This document shows, one piece after another, positions 41,820 through 56,171 of a DNA stretch of 64,000 bases. How positions within the stretch are numbered: the stretch's first letter is position 1; the number at the start of each line of letters is the position of its first letter. The translations under genes and the position numbers were made by a program. The DNA comes from Candidatus Latescibacterota bacterium (GTDB lineage Bacteria; Latescibacterota; UBA2968; GCA-2709665): contig CBDDDZ010000005.1 of NCBI GenBank assembly GCA_965226795.1, forward strand, positions 2,176,001-2,240,000. Reading direction: 5' to 3'. Below the pieces are notes generated by a model. It saw only the letters and a list, made by a program, of their open reading frames with translations, made no database searches and was not told the DNA's origin.

Positions 41820-42135
41820 CGGCTATATCCCTCAAACGAGAACAAGAGGATTGACGCCGCTTGTTCCGGGCGCTCTCGCAGGCTCGGATGTGCGGCCGTT
41901 CGGTCATCCTGGCAGGCAACAACCTCAGGCGTTAGCCCGCCCCGGATAAAGGCCAGAATACAAAGTGATCGGTCTCTGTCCAGGACTGGGAAAACAAGAA
42001 GCTATCCATTTACGCTTTACTTGATATGGAGTGTTTCGCCGTAATTTGACTGTGTTCGCTGTGTTCGCGATTTGCTGGGTTCGTGATTCTGACGGCCTAA
42101 AGCTGAATGCTGACAGCTTGTTTACAGACCAGGGC

Positions 42136-42411
42136 TTACTTCAGCTTCACTTCCAGTTCTTTACCCAATGCCCTGGCCGCTTTTCTAAGCGTTGACAACC
42201 GAACGTCTCCAGCACGGTTTTCCAGACGGGAAATCGCTGTCTTTTTTGTATGCATCAGCCTGGCGAGTTGCTCCTGCGTTAGGCCGGCCTCTACCCGGGC
42301 CTGCCGCAGCAAAACGCCGAATTCGAATTCCTTATACCCTTCCTCGAATCCTTCTGCGAATTCAGGATCGGACTTTTTCCGTCGCGCAATATACTTTTCT
42401 ACATCACTCAT
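42136..42411 (-). CDS. XRE/HTH antitoxin
   Basis: DPEFAEGFEE..LRQARVEAGLTQEQLA..TKKTAISRLEN..STLRK.A.ALG. Confidence 0.88.
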   Translation of the reverse strand: MSDVEKYIARRKKSDPEFAEGFEEGYKEFEFGVLLRQARVEAGLTQEQLARLMHTKKTAISRLENRAGDVRLSTLRKAARALGKELEVKLK

Positions 42412-42770
42412 GATTCGCGCTCCCTGCTACGATTCAGGTAATCTCGCTTATAGGCTTCAGCTCTTTTGATCTCCCGGGGATCGGTCTTTTGGGTCTTCTT
42501 CAAGTATCCATGGGTGAGGATGAGTCGGTTTCCAGGTATGAAACAGCCAAGAAAAGAGACAGCTTCCCGACTGGTTTAAATCCTGCAATTCCAGTTATCC
42601 GCCGATCCTATCAGTATCCTAAAGAAATCCGACGGAATCCGGTCAATCCGGTCCATGAGTCTAGACACCCATAAGACCCTCTGAGTTTCGTTGGGAGCCA
42701 ACCTTCCAGACAAGCCCTCAACTGGATATTTTCGTTCTCTTGTTCGATTGAATTCAACATGCATTGTCAT
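42408..42770 (-). pseudogene. RelE/ParE (Gp49-like) toxin with a nonsense mutation
   Basis: In-frame TAA at 42576-42578; frame continues LILTHGYLKKTQKTDPREIKRAE to a TGA overlapping the antitoxin ATG. Confidence 0.85.
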
Positions 42771-42877
42771 TTAAAAAGATAACATATGCGTTAACTTCAT
42801 TCAACGAAAAACCCTCCGCAGGCGATTTGAATTCTTCTGGCCGTGCGAAGGGTTGCGGTTCGGCGCGCATCTCTTAC

Positions 42878-43354
42878 TCATACGCCCACGTCAAATGGTT
42901 CAACCGGTGGTCCGTTCCTGGTTAGACTCTCCAGTAGAGAATGAAGATTGCGCGGCGAGAACGTCTCTTCGGACCTGCCGATGGCGTCGATAGACCACCA
43001 GCGGAACTCGCGGAAGGCCGATGCCTCGCCGGGAGCGGCCTTCGCGTCCATGACGGGTTCGAAGTACTCGGTATGTACGAGATAATAGAATTCGTCCTGG
43101 CTGTAGTCGCGGCCATCCCACGTGAATTCGCACTGTCTGGACCAGACGAGTTGTCCCGGAGAGATCCTCGTAGCACCAGTCTCCTCCGCGACCTCCCGAC
43201 GAAGCGCATCCTCATCAGACTCACCGGGTTCCAGGCCTCCACCGGGAGTCACCCAGAACTCACATCCAGACACGGGCTCCTGAATCCTCATCAGTAATAC
43301 ATGACGGTCCGGCGTCATCATCACCGCTCGTACAACTCTTCTTCTTATCACCAT
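42878..43354 (-). CDS. NUDIX hydrolase
   Basis: WVTPGGGLEPGESDEDALRREVAEETG; FRWWS. Confidence 0.9.
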   Translation of the reverse strand: MVIRRRVVRAVMMTPDRHVLLMRIQEPVSGCEFWVTPGGGLEPGESDEDALRREVAEETGATRISPGQLVWSRQCEFTWDGRDYSQDEFYYLVHTEYFEPVMDAKAAPGEASAFREFRWWSIDAIGRSEETFSPRNLHSLLESLTRNGPPVEPFDVGV

Positions 43355-43930
43355 GGCGCCCCGTCTACTCTTTTGTATAACCTCATTAGCTGTTTCGATT
43401 GACGGCGGGTCAGTCCGTCTCAGTTTCGATGATTCACTTCCCCAGCCTGTGACGGTCTGGCCGCGGTCCTAGGTGCCAACGCCTCTGCCGAGCGCCTGGC
43501 GCTGGAGGAGTGACATTCTCTCCCTGCTGCGGCATCCGGTCACCTTGCCAAGATCACAATACGGTTAATCACGATCACGGTTAGCGAAGCAGCGGTCTTC
43601 GGAACGACTCAATGCCCATTCATGTTTGGGAGAAAAGCGAAGAGGGGGGGCCGAGGTTCAGGAAGATCGAACAGCTACAGCCCCCAAGAAGCATGCCCTA
43701 AGTGCCGGAGACATAGAAATTTCCACCTTGGGAGCGCGGTTCTGCCTTTCACCGTCTATCGTGACGACGAAGCGATACTCCTGCTCCTGGCCGTAACTCT
43801 TCTCCTTGTCAAAGTAGTAAAGGATGCCCTGCTCCCTCAGGCGACCACAACTGTATTCCCGATGTACGGGAGGATGCTGGATGTCGTAGTACTTGACCGG
43901 TCCGTAGCAAACAGTTGCAGGTCGGCCTAG

Positions 43931-45627
43931 CCTGAAAAATTCACAAAAAAGGTAGTTTCCTTACCCAAGTCATTGTATTATATTGTGGTTACGCAAATAA
44001 CCATAACACAATGAAACAGGAGGAAACTACCGTGGGAGTTCAAGATACACATCACAGGGTGTCTTTCGCAAGTCTTTCTGGTAAGCCGGTAGAAGCCACC
44101 TTCGACGGAGGCATCCTGACCAGCGACAGCGGGGTGATGCTGCTTCGTGAGGTGGAGGCCAGAACCGGGATTTTGCATAGGATGGTTGCGGCGCTCACGG
44201 ATCGTCGACATCAAAGTTACGTACATCATCAGATGATGGATCTGGTCAAACAACGTGTGTTTCAGATGGCCTGTGGATATGAGGACGCGAACGATTGCAA
44301 TACGTTGCGCGAGGATCCCGGCTTCAAGGCGGCCTGTGATCGGTTGCCGCTTTCCGGTGCGGATCTGGCCAGTCAACCCACGATGAGTCGGTTCGAGAAC
44401 CGGATCAGCAGAACCGATTTGTATCGGATCGCCAAGGCCTTTGCGGATGTGTTTGTCGCCTCGTATGAGGAACCGCCCGAAGCCATTCTGTTGGATATCG
44501 ATGACACGGAAGACAAGGTGTATGGGTCTCAACAGTTGTCGTTGTTCAATGCGTATTTCAATGGCTATTGCTACCAGCCCCTGCATATCTATGAAGGCCA
44601 GACGGGCAAGTTGATCACGACGGTCTTGCGTCCTGGCAGGCGGCCCACGGGTAAAGAGATCGTCACCATTCTCAAACGGGTGATCGCCTACCTGCGCCGC
44701 GCCTGGCCCGACGTGGCGATCCTGTTGCGCGGCGATGCTCATTTTTCGTGTCCGGAAGTGCACGCGTTGTGTGAAGACCAGAATGTGTATTTTGTCCTCG
44801 GACAAAACGGCAACGCCAAACTGCTGCGCTCGGCACAGTCCTTGATAGACCAGGCCAAAACGCTGTATGCCGCTTCGGGAAAACCCGTGCGCCTTTATCG
44901 CTGTTGGGACTATCAGGCGAAAACCTGGGCTTGTCCACAACGCATCATCTGCAAGGCGGAAGTCACCCCGCAAGGAGACAATATCCGATTCGTGGTCACC
45001 AACCTAAAGCGCGCCCAACCGTCATTCATCTACAAAACCGCCTATTGCGCACGCGGCAGGATGGAAAACTTCATCAAGAATCACAAGACCTTTCTCCATT
45101 CCGATCGCACCTCTTGTCACATCTTCCAGGCCAATCACTTCCGTCTCTTTCTCCACAGCGCCGCCTATGTCCTGATGCACGCCTTGGCACAAACCGGGTT
45201 GCGCGGCACGAAGTGGACGAACGCACAGTTCAATACCCTGCAAAACCGTCTCTTGAAAGTCGCCGGGCGCGTTTGTGAGTTGAAAACAAAAATCAGGTTC
45301 CATCTGCCAACGGCGTTTCCACTCAAACACCTTTATCGCAAGATCCTCTACAACCTGGCAACGTGTGTTCCATAACGCATCGTCGAGCTGACCGCGCCTT
45401 CACGTTTGGACCGACACGACCAACAGCCACGGAGACGTCTGTGCTCTTGACAGCGGAATTCAGAGCAAGCTGACGCCACGGAGCAAACGTGCTGCCAGCA
45501 GGCGCCGCCGACACGGCCGGGACACGCCAAATCCGTCTCAGCCCGTGCTCTTTCGTTTCTCGTCTCACTCGGAAGCTCTTTCTGCTTCCTCATACTGCAT
45601 TCCGTGACGATTCATGAATAGGTCAGG
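43931..45627 (+). mobile_element. IS1380 family insertion sequence (1697 bp)
   Basis: TIRs CCTGAAAAATTCA / TGAATAGGTCAGG; CTAG duplication at 43927-43930 and 45628-45631. Confidence 0.9.
44011..45375 (+). CDS. IS1380 family transposase
   Basis: FDGG.LTSDSG, GYEDAND, LASQPTMSRFEN, LDIDDT, RGDAHF, YCARGRMENFIK. Confidence 0.95.
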   Translation: MKQEETTVGVQDTHHRVSFASLSGKPVEATFDGGILTSDSGVMLLREVEARTGILHRMVAALTDRRHQSYVHHQMMDLVKQRVFQMACGYEDANDCNTLREDPGFKAACDRLPLSGADLASQPTMSRFENRISRTDLYRIAKAFADVFVASYEEPPEAILLDIDDTEDKVYGSQQLSLFNAYFNGYCYQPLHIYEGQTGKLITTVLRPGRRPTGKEIVTILKRVIAYLRRAWPDVAILLRGDAHFSCPEVHALCEDQNVYFVLGQNGNAKLLRSAQSLIDQAKTLYAASGKPVRLYRCWDYQAKTWACPQRIICKAEVTPQGDNIRFVVTNLKRAQPSFIYKTAYCARGRMENFIKNHKTFLHSDRTSCHIFQANHFRLFLHSAAYVLMHALAQTGLRGTKWTNAQFNTLQNRLLKVAGRVCELKTKIRFHLPTAFPLKHLYRKILYNLATCVP

Positions 45628-46332
45628 CTAGATGCTTAGAAGCCTCCTTTTCCAAGACCAAGGCGAATTCGTCCGCGGACACCGCAAGAATGTTCATCCA
45701 CCAGTCCCGCTTGCAATCTCTAAGAAAGAGATGCGTAGTCTGATGGATTATGGCGGTTAGGTTTGATGGTTGGGAGAGTAGGCGGCCAACATCCTCTGAA
45801 GAAGGAATCTCTCCTTTGACAAAGGACATACACAGCAGGTACCCGGTATTGTACTGCATTCGAACCAGATCGTCGGCTGTAGGCAAGACAATCCATTGTC
45901 CGTCGTTCTGGAAACTCAACTCTGCTTTCAGAGTGGCCGTCGCTTCGTCGTTGTCTCTTCTTCCTTCCTCTTCGATCTCCCTGAAGTGCTGCGGCTCCCA
46001 CAGCAGCACGGACTTCGCTACTGGTTGGTCTGCTCCTCCCACCGGTCCGGCAAGTGGATACTCCCTCCCGGTGAATCGGACCAAGAAGAAGGGCTCAGCT
46101 GTCTCAAATGTTTGTATGGAAAAAACTGCCACAGTGCTGATCCCTCCCTTCCCGATCCCAATGCCGAAGTGGGATTCGGAGCCACGTCACCCAGCAGGAG
46201 GCCGCGCCTCCGTGATAAGGCCTTCTTGTCGAGGCTGAGGCCCCTCTTTGCAGGGCCTCAGCCTGCTCGTGAGACGATGGGGGCCACCTCCATCTTCTGA
46301 TCCTGTGATCCGTGGTGCGCCGTCAAGGAGAT

Positions 46333-46470
46333 GACCGGTGCAGGTCCGCGTCCTCCACGGCCTCGTAGATCACGCCGCCCTCGACATTTCGTAGCATGGG
46401 CGCCCCCGTGAGGTAGCAGACCGTCGGCGCCACGTCGATGACGCGCACGTGTCGCGCGAGGCGTCCCGAT
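46333..46470 (-). pseudogene. 3' fragment of an alkaline-phosphatase-family gene (paralogue of 53045-54946)
   Basis: GRLARHVRVIDVAPTVCYLTGAPM..VEGGVIYEAV.D.DLHR closely matches the end of 53045-54946. Confidence 0.85.
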
Positions 46471-46645
46471 CCGGCACGACGTTTGGCCACTTCGGCCGAC
46501 CCCACTGAACAATATCCTCGCTGCGAAATGTACCGCGAGACCTCGGACTTCCGGGAGCCATAGACTTTGTATGGGATCTTGTCAAAGGAGCCGTCGCGCC
46601 CCTACCTAAACATAACTTTCTACATGAAAATGTCACCCTATCGAA

Positions 46646-48298
46646 CTAAAGGCGGTCTACCGACCAGTTTTCTTGTAGCCACTCGTCCCATCGACGCGCG
46701 AGGTCAATTTTGGCGGCGCGTACCGCATTAGCGTAGGAGGGTTGATCACGTCGGTCTGGTAACCTGAACGGTAAGCGCACTTTCGTAATCGCTTCCAGTG
46801 CTTCTATCCGGTTCCCAAAGTTCGCTACGCGATCATTCCGAGCGTCTTCTTCGAGACCGGCTGCGATTCTGCCGGCGAATTCTGGAAAAGTCATAATGCG
46901 GGCAAGGTCAAGGGACCCAATCCGGACATCAAGACTCACATCGCTAAAGAGAGCCTCGAGGGGCCTTCGACATTTGGACCAGAGATCCGAACGGACAGAT
47001 AACAGATACACGCCACCCATCCGTACGAGTGGTGAAGCATCTCGAAACGCCCTTAGTATGAATTCCGAATTCACCAAGGATGGTGGCGCGCCTGAAAGTG
47101 CGCACAGAGACGCGGCGCGGACTTCTGCTATGGAATGCTCTGTTTGCGCGCTAATTGTCCCCGCGGCCCAATATGGGAAATCATCACCAACAAAAGACAG
47201 GACTGCATCCTTGGCTTCATCGTGATTTGAACTCGCAAGACGGGCCAACCTGTGTTTCAGGGGCTTTTTCTTCCACAATGACCAGTTTTGGTATGGGGTG
47301 TTCATTGCCTCAGCGGCGGTCTGTGGTTTGCCTTCTGCCATAGCCCCGATGACCGACACCAAGCCAGCCCCCAGATCGGACCATTCCGGTTTCTTTTGAG
47401 ACGTGCCGATTATGGCAGATTTCATTTCATAGGCTGTCCAGCCCGGTTTAGCCTGCCAGAGACACGCGGCTGCACCAAGTAGGGCGGGCCCCGAAAAGGA
47501 TGTTCCCTTTGTGCGTCCGTAGAGGGGAGGAAGGTCCTGTGGCTCTCCGTTAAGATGGTCTTCGATATCCTCTTTTTTTGGGCGTGGCAGGATGATGTTC
47601 TCGGCGGGCGCCAAAATCTCCGGTATCCATTTCCCCTCGAACGTAGTTCCCCGGTTCCCTGGAAATATCCCGGCAAAATTCGGATCCCCATGCGGAGGTA
47701 TTACGACGCCTCCCGCGCAAAGGACGGACGGGGCCGCAGCTTCGGAAGTACCGCAAGTTTCGTCGGGCCGATTCCCAGATGCGGTAACGACAAGCAACCC
47801 TTCAGCAGCCAACTCCTCACAAAGAATGCACCGCGGGTCTGTTTGCCATGGATATATGCCAGCAACAATGTGACTCCTTAGCGCCGTTATTACGCCGCGA
47901 ATCTCGTACTTCCGCCAGTTAGCCCGAATCCATTCCAAAGCCCTGATTTGGGCTGATTCACCCTGACACCCAGGTTCGCCCGGATAACCCTTGACAAGGA
48001 ACAAATCGGCTTCCGGCGCCACACCCGTGTATAGGCCACCAGATTCGGCGCCCGAACCCCCAGCTGCCGCCGCGGCACATAGCGCATGCCAGCTTCCCGT
48101 CCACGTTCCCGGTTCGCTCTCAAATACCTCGGGCGGAGACTCTGACTCAACCGTTCTCCTGATCAGGTACGAAGTACGTCGGTCATTGGTAGTGATATCG
48201 GGATGGTTAGGAAAATCACTGTCGACAACTGCAATCCTTACGTTTCTGCCCGTGAGTTCACTAGGAACCTTAAGGAATTCCCGCAATGACGACCACAT
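46646..48298 (-). CDS. S8 (subtilisin-like) serine peptidase with C-terminal HEAT repeats
   Basis: IAVVDS (Asp), HALCA (His), GVAPEADL, ASGN, GTSFSGP (Ser); helical repeats VRAASLCAL and LVRMGG. Confidence 0.85.
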   Translation of the reverse strand: MWSSLREFLKVPSELTGRNVRIAVVDSDFPNHPDITTNDRRTSYLIRRTVESESPPEVFESEPGTWTGSWHALCAAAAAGGSGAESGGLYTGVAPEADLFLVKGYPGEPGCQGESAQIRALEWIRANWRKYEIRGVITALRSHIVAGIYPWQTDPRCILCEELAAEGLLVVTASGNRPDETCGTSEAAAPSVLCAGGVVIPPHGDPNFAGIFPGNRGTTFEGKWIPEILAPAENIILPRPKKEDIEDHLNGEPQDLPPLYGRTKGTSFSGPALLGAAACLWQAKPGWTAYEMKSAIIGTSQKKPEWSDLGAGLVSVIGAMAEGKPQTAAEAMNTPYQNWSLWKKKPLKHRLARLASSNHDEAKDAVLSFVGDDFPYWAAGTISAQTEHSIAEVRAASLCALSGAPPSLVNSEFILRAFRDASPLVRMGGVYLLSVRSDLWSKCRRPLEALFSDVSLDVRIGSLDLARIMTFPEFAGRIAAGLEEDARNDRVANFGNRIEALEAITKVRLPFRLPDRRDQPSYANAVRAAKIDLARRWDEWLQENWSVDRL

Positions 48299-49096
48299 TT
48301 TCGTTCCCTTCTGTAAGGTCGATTATCACATCCCAAAGGTTGCAGCGGTCTTTGGCCACTACAAGCACTCTGTGATTTACAATCTCACGGTTGCATCCTG
48401 CTGTCCCATTGAAAAGTAGCCAAGTACACCTCAAGACTGCAAGAGTATCTACCAATTCGGCACGATCCTTCCGAATTCCCCTATTCTCGTAGTCCAATCC
48501 TGGATCAAGGACTTTGCAGTCGTAAATCCGTCTTCCGTAACGCTGGATAAGGTGGGTACCGCGTGGGCAAATCTTCCGGTGCCAACTGGTGTATCAGACG
48601 GGAAATATTCGTGCCAGCTCCAATTCCTGTTTTTCTGCGATACGACCTGAATCGAACGACATAATTTGACGATTGCAAACTACCTACTGAATATGCTATT
48701 TAAGTGTCTCAAAATCAAGTCCCCCCTCCCCCAATTCTGAATACCGAATTTGGCAACTGATCTGCAAAATTACCTGTTATTAAACATCTTATGAAAAAGA
48801 TAGAAAGACGCAGAATTCTTGTGAATTCCTATATGCAATGCATTGCACGAATTATGGTGGGACAGTTTGGAATTATCCGCAGGTGGAGGGTCGATTACAA
48901 TAGAATCTGCGAAATGCGGCGGGCGCGTTCAGGGAATTTGCGGGGGAACCGTGCAGGTCTAATGTGCGCTCGTCCGGTGTGGATCGAGGCACCGTTTATC
49001 CGAAGAATCCTGCAAGCAGGACTGATACACAATTCAATCCCGGATCAGGACAACGGTAGACACAGGAAAGTACCGATATGCGCCGCTCTCCCGAGT

Positions 49097-52280
<3,184 letters not shown>

Positions 52281-52687
52281 GACTTGCGTCCCAGTTTGAT
52301 CTGCTTGGCGACCCCGAGCAATGATAATTTCAGAAGACGATAGATTAAACCAAAAATATCAAAAACCGTGCCAAATTACCATGTACATATTTTTCAGGGA
52401 GTTATACAGTGGGGAGGATATCTCATTAATCTGAAGGTGTTCATTAATGATACAGTGATGTCCGAAAACGGACACTCGGGAGGTGCCGCGGTGGGTTTGC
52501 GGGAGATGGATGCCACGGTGCGTGTTCAGGGAACGTCGGCGTATTCGGCCGCTGAGTTCATTGCCGCCGTCAAGACGATGCCTGTCCCGAGTCGATTGGC
52601 GCGAGGTAGGGACTTCAAATGACACAGAAGGAGCGAAGGATCGCTCCTGATATTCCGGGGACGCCGGAATCCGGTGGGCTGAACATC

Positions 52688-52966
52688 CTATATCAGACCG
52701 AGGTCCTCATAGATGGCGCTGTTGGTCTCTCTATTGCGGACTTGATGGGCATCCTCTCCAGGTGTGCCGTTGAAAATGCATACGACAACCAGGCTCGCAT
52801 CGGGATCCACGAAGGCGATCGACGACTGGTAACCCGCATTTCCAAACGCGCGCGGAGAGGCGTATCGCCCGAACCCGTACGGAACCGACTCTTTGCCGTA
52901 GCTGTTCGAGTTGACATAGAATCCCAGTCCCATGTCCACGATATGACCCAGGACTTCGTCCTTCAT
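52688..52966 (-). pseudogene. Serine hydrolase/beta-lactamase family C-terminal fragment
   Basis: MGLGF..SPRAFGNAG..SSIAFVDP..AIYEDLG; N-terminal catalytic part absent. Confidence 0.7.
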
Positions 52967-53044
52967 GCCGGTTCGATGGCGGGCGGTGATCGCTTCAACG
53001 GTCCGGGGAAGAAGAAGCCTCTTCCCTTTGAACTGACCGGGCGC

Positions 53045-54946
53045 CTACCGGTGCAGGTCCGGGTCCTTCACGGCCTCGTAGATCACCCCACCCTCGACGT
53101 CGTTCGGCATGGGCGCCCCCGTGAGGTAGCAGATCGTGGGCGCCACGTCGATGACGCGCACCTGGCGCTCGAGGCGCCCCCCGGAGCGCACACCGGCGCC
53201 GGCGGCGATGAAGGTCGAGTGTTGGCCGGCCATGCCGAAGGTCACCGAGGGGAGCTGTTTCCCGTGGGCGCCGTCGAACTCGGGGCGCAGGGCGTAGACC
53301 ACGTCACCCACGCGGTCCGACCACAGGTTCACCATCTCCGCGTCCTCCCGGGTGAGCGCGAGGGCGAAAGGACGCCGCCCCGTCTCCGGGTCCTCGTAGT
53401 CGTGTAGCGCCCGGATAATCTCCCGGCAAACGGCGTCGTAGTCCGCGGGATCGACGATACCGCCGGGCTCCCGCCCCTTCAGGTTCACGAAGATGTGCAC
53501 CAGGCCGACGTCGGCCGCCCGGGTGCGCGTCCAGTCGATGCACCGGTTGCGGCCGCGGCCCTCGTATTTCAGGAACCCGGCCTGCGCCAGCACCGCGGCG
53601 ACGTTGACGACGGTATGCTGCTGGGAGGTGCCGCCGTGATCGGAGACCACGAAGAAGGCGGTGTCGTCCCCCGCCAGCCGGCGCAGGCGGCCAATCCAGC
53701 GGTCGATGGAGGCGTAGGTGCGCTCAACCCCTTCGCGGCAGCGCCTCTGCACCGCCGGCGGCGCCCCGGAGTGGGGATCGGCGGCGCGCAGGAAGAAGTG
53801 GCTGGTATAGTCCGAGGCGTGGGTCTCCGTCATCAGCAGGTCCCAGTCCCCGGAGCCGGCGAGGTGCTCGGCCACGTCGGCCAGGCGCTGGTGGTGGAAC
53901 TCGAGCAGTTCGAAGTAGGTGTCGTCGTCGATCAGGCCGAGGGCGTCGCGGCCCGGGTTCTGCAGGAAGTTGCCCACGTGCCGGTCGATGTCGCGGGCTA
54001 CGGAGGCGGGCTTCGTATAGCCGTCGGGCGGCCAGATCTGGGGGATAAAGAGCTCGAAGGCGTCGGCCTCCGGCGTCAGCGTGATCAGCTTGGCCCGCAC
54101 GTACCCGCGCACCTTCCGGCCGTCGATCTCGAAGCGGTCCAGCCACCACTCGCTCCACTCCCCCACTCCCAGGTCGGCCAGCGGCCGGGCGGCATCCTTC
54201 GACCGGCAGAGGCGCACCCGGTCGTAGCCGCCGGCTCCGCTGGCGTAGATCAGGGCGTGCAGCGGCACGGGGGCGCCCTCCCGGCCCCGGTTCATGCCCT
54301 CGCGGCCCCTCGCCAGGGGCTGGATGGTGAGGACCGCCTCCTTCGCCGGCCTCGTCGATTCGGGCGCTCCGGTCCAGCCCACAGCGTCGACCAGAGTCAC
54401 GGGGTCGAACTCGCGCACCCCCTGCAGGGCGCTCGGGTCCAGGCTCTCCGGGTCGCGCTGGGCCTCGAGCCGCCTCGGCGCCCACTTGCCGCCGACGAAA
54501 AGGTGATAGCCCGCCACCTGGTGGTGGTTGGAGACGCCGGGGCCGGTGCCCTCCACCTGTACCCCCGAGCGCACCGTGGGCGGCCACGACATCTCCCACT
54601 TTACGAGAATCGGCTTCCGGCCGCCACGCTCGAAGGCGTTCCAGATGTACTCCGAGCGCGACAGGGAGGTGTCGATGCCCCAGAGCGTTCGGTCCAGGGG
54701 CTCGCCCACGTGGCGGATGTTGAAGTCCAGGATTCCGTGTGTGCCCGGCCACGAGCCGGTGGACAGGGCCGTCCAGCCCGGCGGCGTGAGGGTTGGGAAG
54801 ACGCCGACCATGGGCCGCCAGACGCCCGCCTTCATCAGGGCGCGCACGTTGGGCATGTGGCCGGCATCGGCCATGTTCTTCACCAGCTCCATGCTGGCGC
54901 CGTCCATTCCGGCGACGATGGCGCGCCGGGCGCGAGCCGTACTCAT
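53045..54946 (-). CDS. Alkaline phosphatase superfamily protein (type I phosphodiesterase/nucleotide pyrophosphatase)
   Basis: GMDGA, PTLTPPGW..LSTG..PGTHGI, VVSDHG, VNLKGREP.G.V, IDVAPT. Confidence 0.9.
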   Translation of the reverse strand: MSTARARRAIVAGMDGASMELVKNMADAGHMPNVRALMKAGVWRPMVGVFPTLTPPGWTALSTGSWPGTHGILDFNIRHVGEPLDRTLWGIDTSLSRSEYIWNAFERGGRKPILVKWEMSWPPTVRSGVQVEGTGPGVSNHHQVAGYHLFVGGKWAPRRLEAQRDPESLDPSALQGVREFDPVTLVDAVGWTGAPESTRPAKEAVLTIQPLARGREGMNRGREGAPVPLHALIYASGAGGYDRVRLCRSKDAARPLADLGVGEWSEWWLDRFEIDGRKVRGYVRAKLITLTPEADAFELFIPQIWPPDGYTKPASVARDIDRHVGNFLQNPGRDALGLIDDDTYFELLEFHHQRLADVAEHLAGSGDWDLLMTETHASDYTSHFFLRAADPHSGAPPAVQRRCREGVERTYASIDRWIGRLRRLAGDDTAFFVVSDHGGTSQQHTVVNVAAVLAQAGFLKYEGRGRNRCIDWTRTRAADVGLVHIFVNLKGREPGGIVDPADYDAVCREIIRALHDYEDPETGRRPFALALTREDAEMVNLWSDRVGDVVYALRPEFDGAHGKQLPSVTFGMAGQHSTFIAAGAGVRSGGRLERQVRVIDVAPTICYLTGAPMPNDVEGGVIYEAVKDPDLHR

Positions 54947-54981
54947 GGGATCTCTCCTGACGTGTAAGTGAATGGGGCCCT

Positions 54982-56052
54982 TTATGGAAGACGTGGTATG
55001 ACTTCGTTCGCCATCAACGCCATCGAGCGCTTCATCTTCGCCTTGTCATCCCAGTCGTGGCCGATCATCAGCACCGTGCCGAAACCGCCGGTGACGTCGT
55101 ACAGCTCCTGCAGGCGCCTGGTTACCGTATCGGGACTGCCTACGATGGCAATCTCATCGATGATGTATTCGCGCGTAACGTCCGTATCGGACATCTCCGG
55201 ATTCATCTTCGGCAGATCCAGCATATTGGCGATTTCGAGCATGCCGCGAAGGTACACCAGCGAGTCGGCGAAGGCGCCGCCGAGGGCGTGCTCGCGAGCC
55301 TGGGCATCGGTCTCGCCGACGTAGATGCTGCGTGAAATCCGCCAGTCGCCCCGGTCCGGTTCGTCCCGCCCCCCTTCCACGGCCCCCTGGGAGTACATCT
55401 CCCAATGCCGTTTCACCTTGTGCGACGGCGCCATATTGATGCTGATCGGCAGAAACCCGCGCTTGCCGGCTGTGGTGGCCGCCATCGATTCCTCCTTCAC
55501 GATGCTCATGGCGATGGGTGGATGGGGCTTCTGATACGGCTTCAACACCTCCCCCAATCCGAGCTCCGGGACCTTCTCCGTCATCGCGACGTTCCAGAAA
55601 TCCCCCTTGAACTCGAACGGGCCGTCTTCGGTCCACAGTTTCAGGACGATGTCCATCGCCTCGAGGTTCATCAGCCCCTGGGTGCGCGGATCAGGCAGAT
55701 CGAACAGCGGCCAGTCGGTCGGTACGCCCCCCTGCCCGAAGCCGACGTTGATGCGTCCCCGGGACAGGTGATCGAGATAGGCGAGTCGGACCGCCACGTT
55801 CGCCGGGTGATGCTGCGTCATGATGGTGACCCCCGTGCCCAGACGGATCCTCTCCGTCTGCGGCAGGACGTGGGCGATGAACAGATCGTTGGCGGGAATC
55901 GGCTCCCACATCGCGGTATGGTGCTGGCCGACCCAGGCCTCGGCGAATCCGAGCTCCTCGGCCCACAGCACGCACTCGATATCTTCTTCGAATGTCTGGG
56001 TGCGGTTCTTTTGCGGCGGATGCAGTGGCATCATGAACGTTCCGATTTTCAT
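54982..56052 (-). CDS. LLM class flavin-dependent oxidoreductase
   Basis: MKIGTFMMPLHPP, ELGFAEAWVGQHH, IRLGTGV, LDHLSRGR, PYQKPHPP, IVGSPDTV. Confidence 0.92.
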   Translation of the reverse strand: MKIGTFMMPLHPPQKNRTQTFEEDIECVLWAEELGFAEAWVGQHHTAMWEPIPANDLFIAHVLPQTERIRLGTGVTIMTQHHPANVAVRLAYLDHLSRGRINVGFGQGGVPTDWPLFDLPDPRTQGLMNLEAMDIVLKLWTEDGPFEFKGDFWNVAMTEKVPELGLGEVLKPYQKPHPPIAMSIVKEESMAATTAGKRGFLPISINMAPSHKVKRHWEMYSQGAVEGGRDEPDRGDWRISRSIYVGETDAQAREHALGGAFADSLVYLRGMLEIANMLDLPKMNPEMSDTDVTREYIIDEIAIVGSPDTVTRRLQELYDVTGGFGTVLMIGHDWDDKAKMKRSMALMANEVIPRLP

Positions 56053-56171
56053 TTTTTCGTTCTCCCGAACAACCTGAACCCATTGCCTGTTGTAGTCCTC
56101 TTCTTCATTCACCGTCTACAACTTCGTGCAGACCGCAGTCCTCTTATTCCTTATGCGGCCGCTTTCCCGAC

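Larger units (their letters stand above)
43658..46132 (-). pseudogene. DUF2971-like protein split by IS1380
   Basis: Removing the IS and one CTAG rejoins ..KHL|GRPATVCYGPVKYYD..FDKEKSYGQEQEYRF.. in frame to TGA at 43658. Confidence 0.75.

Noticed and set aside
41905..41945. GTTAGCC as another attC end
   Set aside because: No matching inverse core or family arms nearby
48270..48665. Protein-like minus-strand frame interrupted by a stop
   Set aside because: May be a pseudogene but no family could be assigned
53495..54967. 490-aa plus-strand ORF and similar long antisense ORFs (870-1730, 37392-38447, 43978-44973)
   Set aside because: Shadow frames opposite well-supported genes in GC-rich DNA
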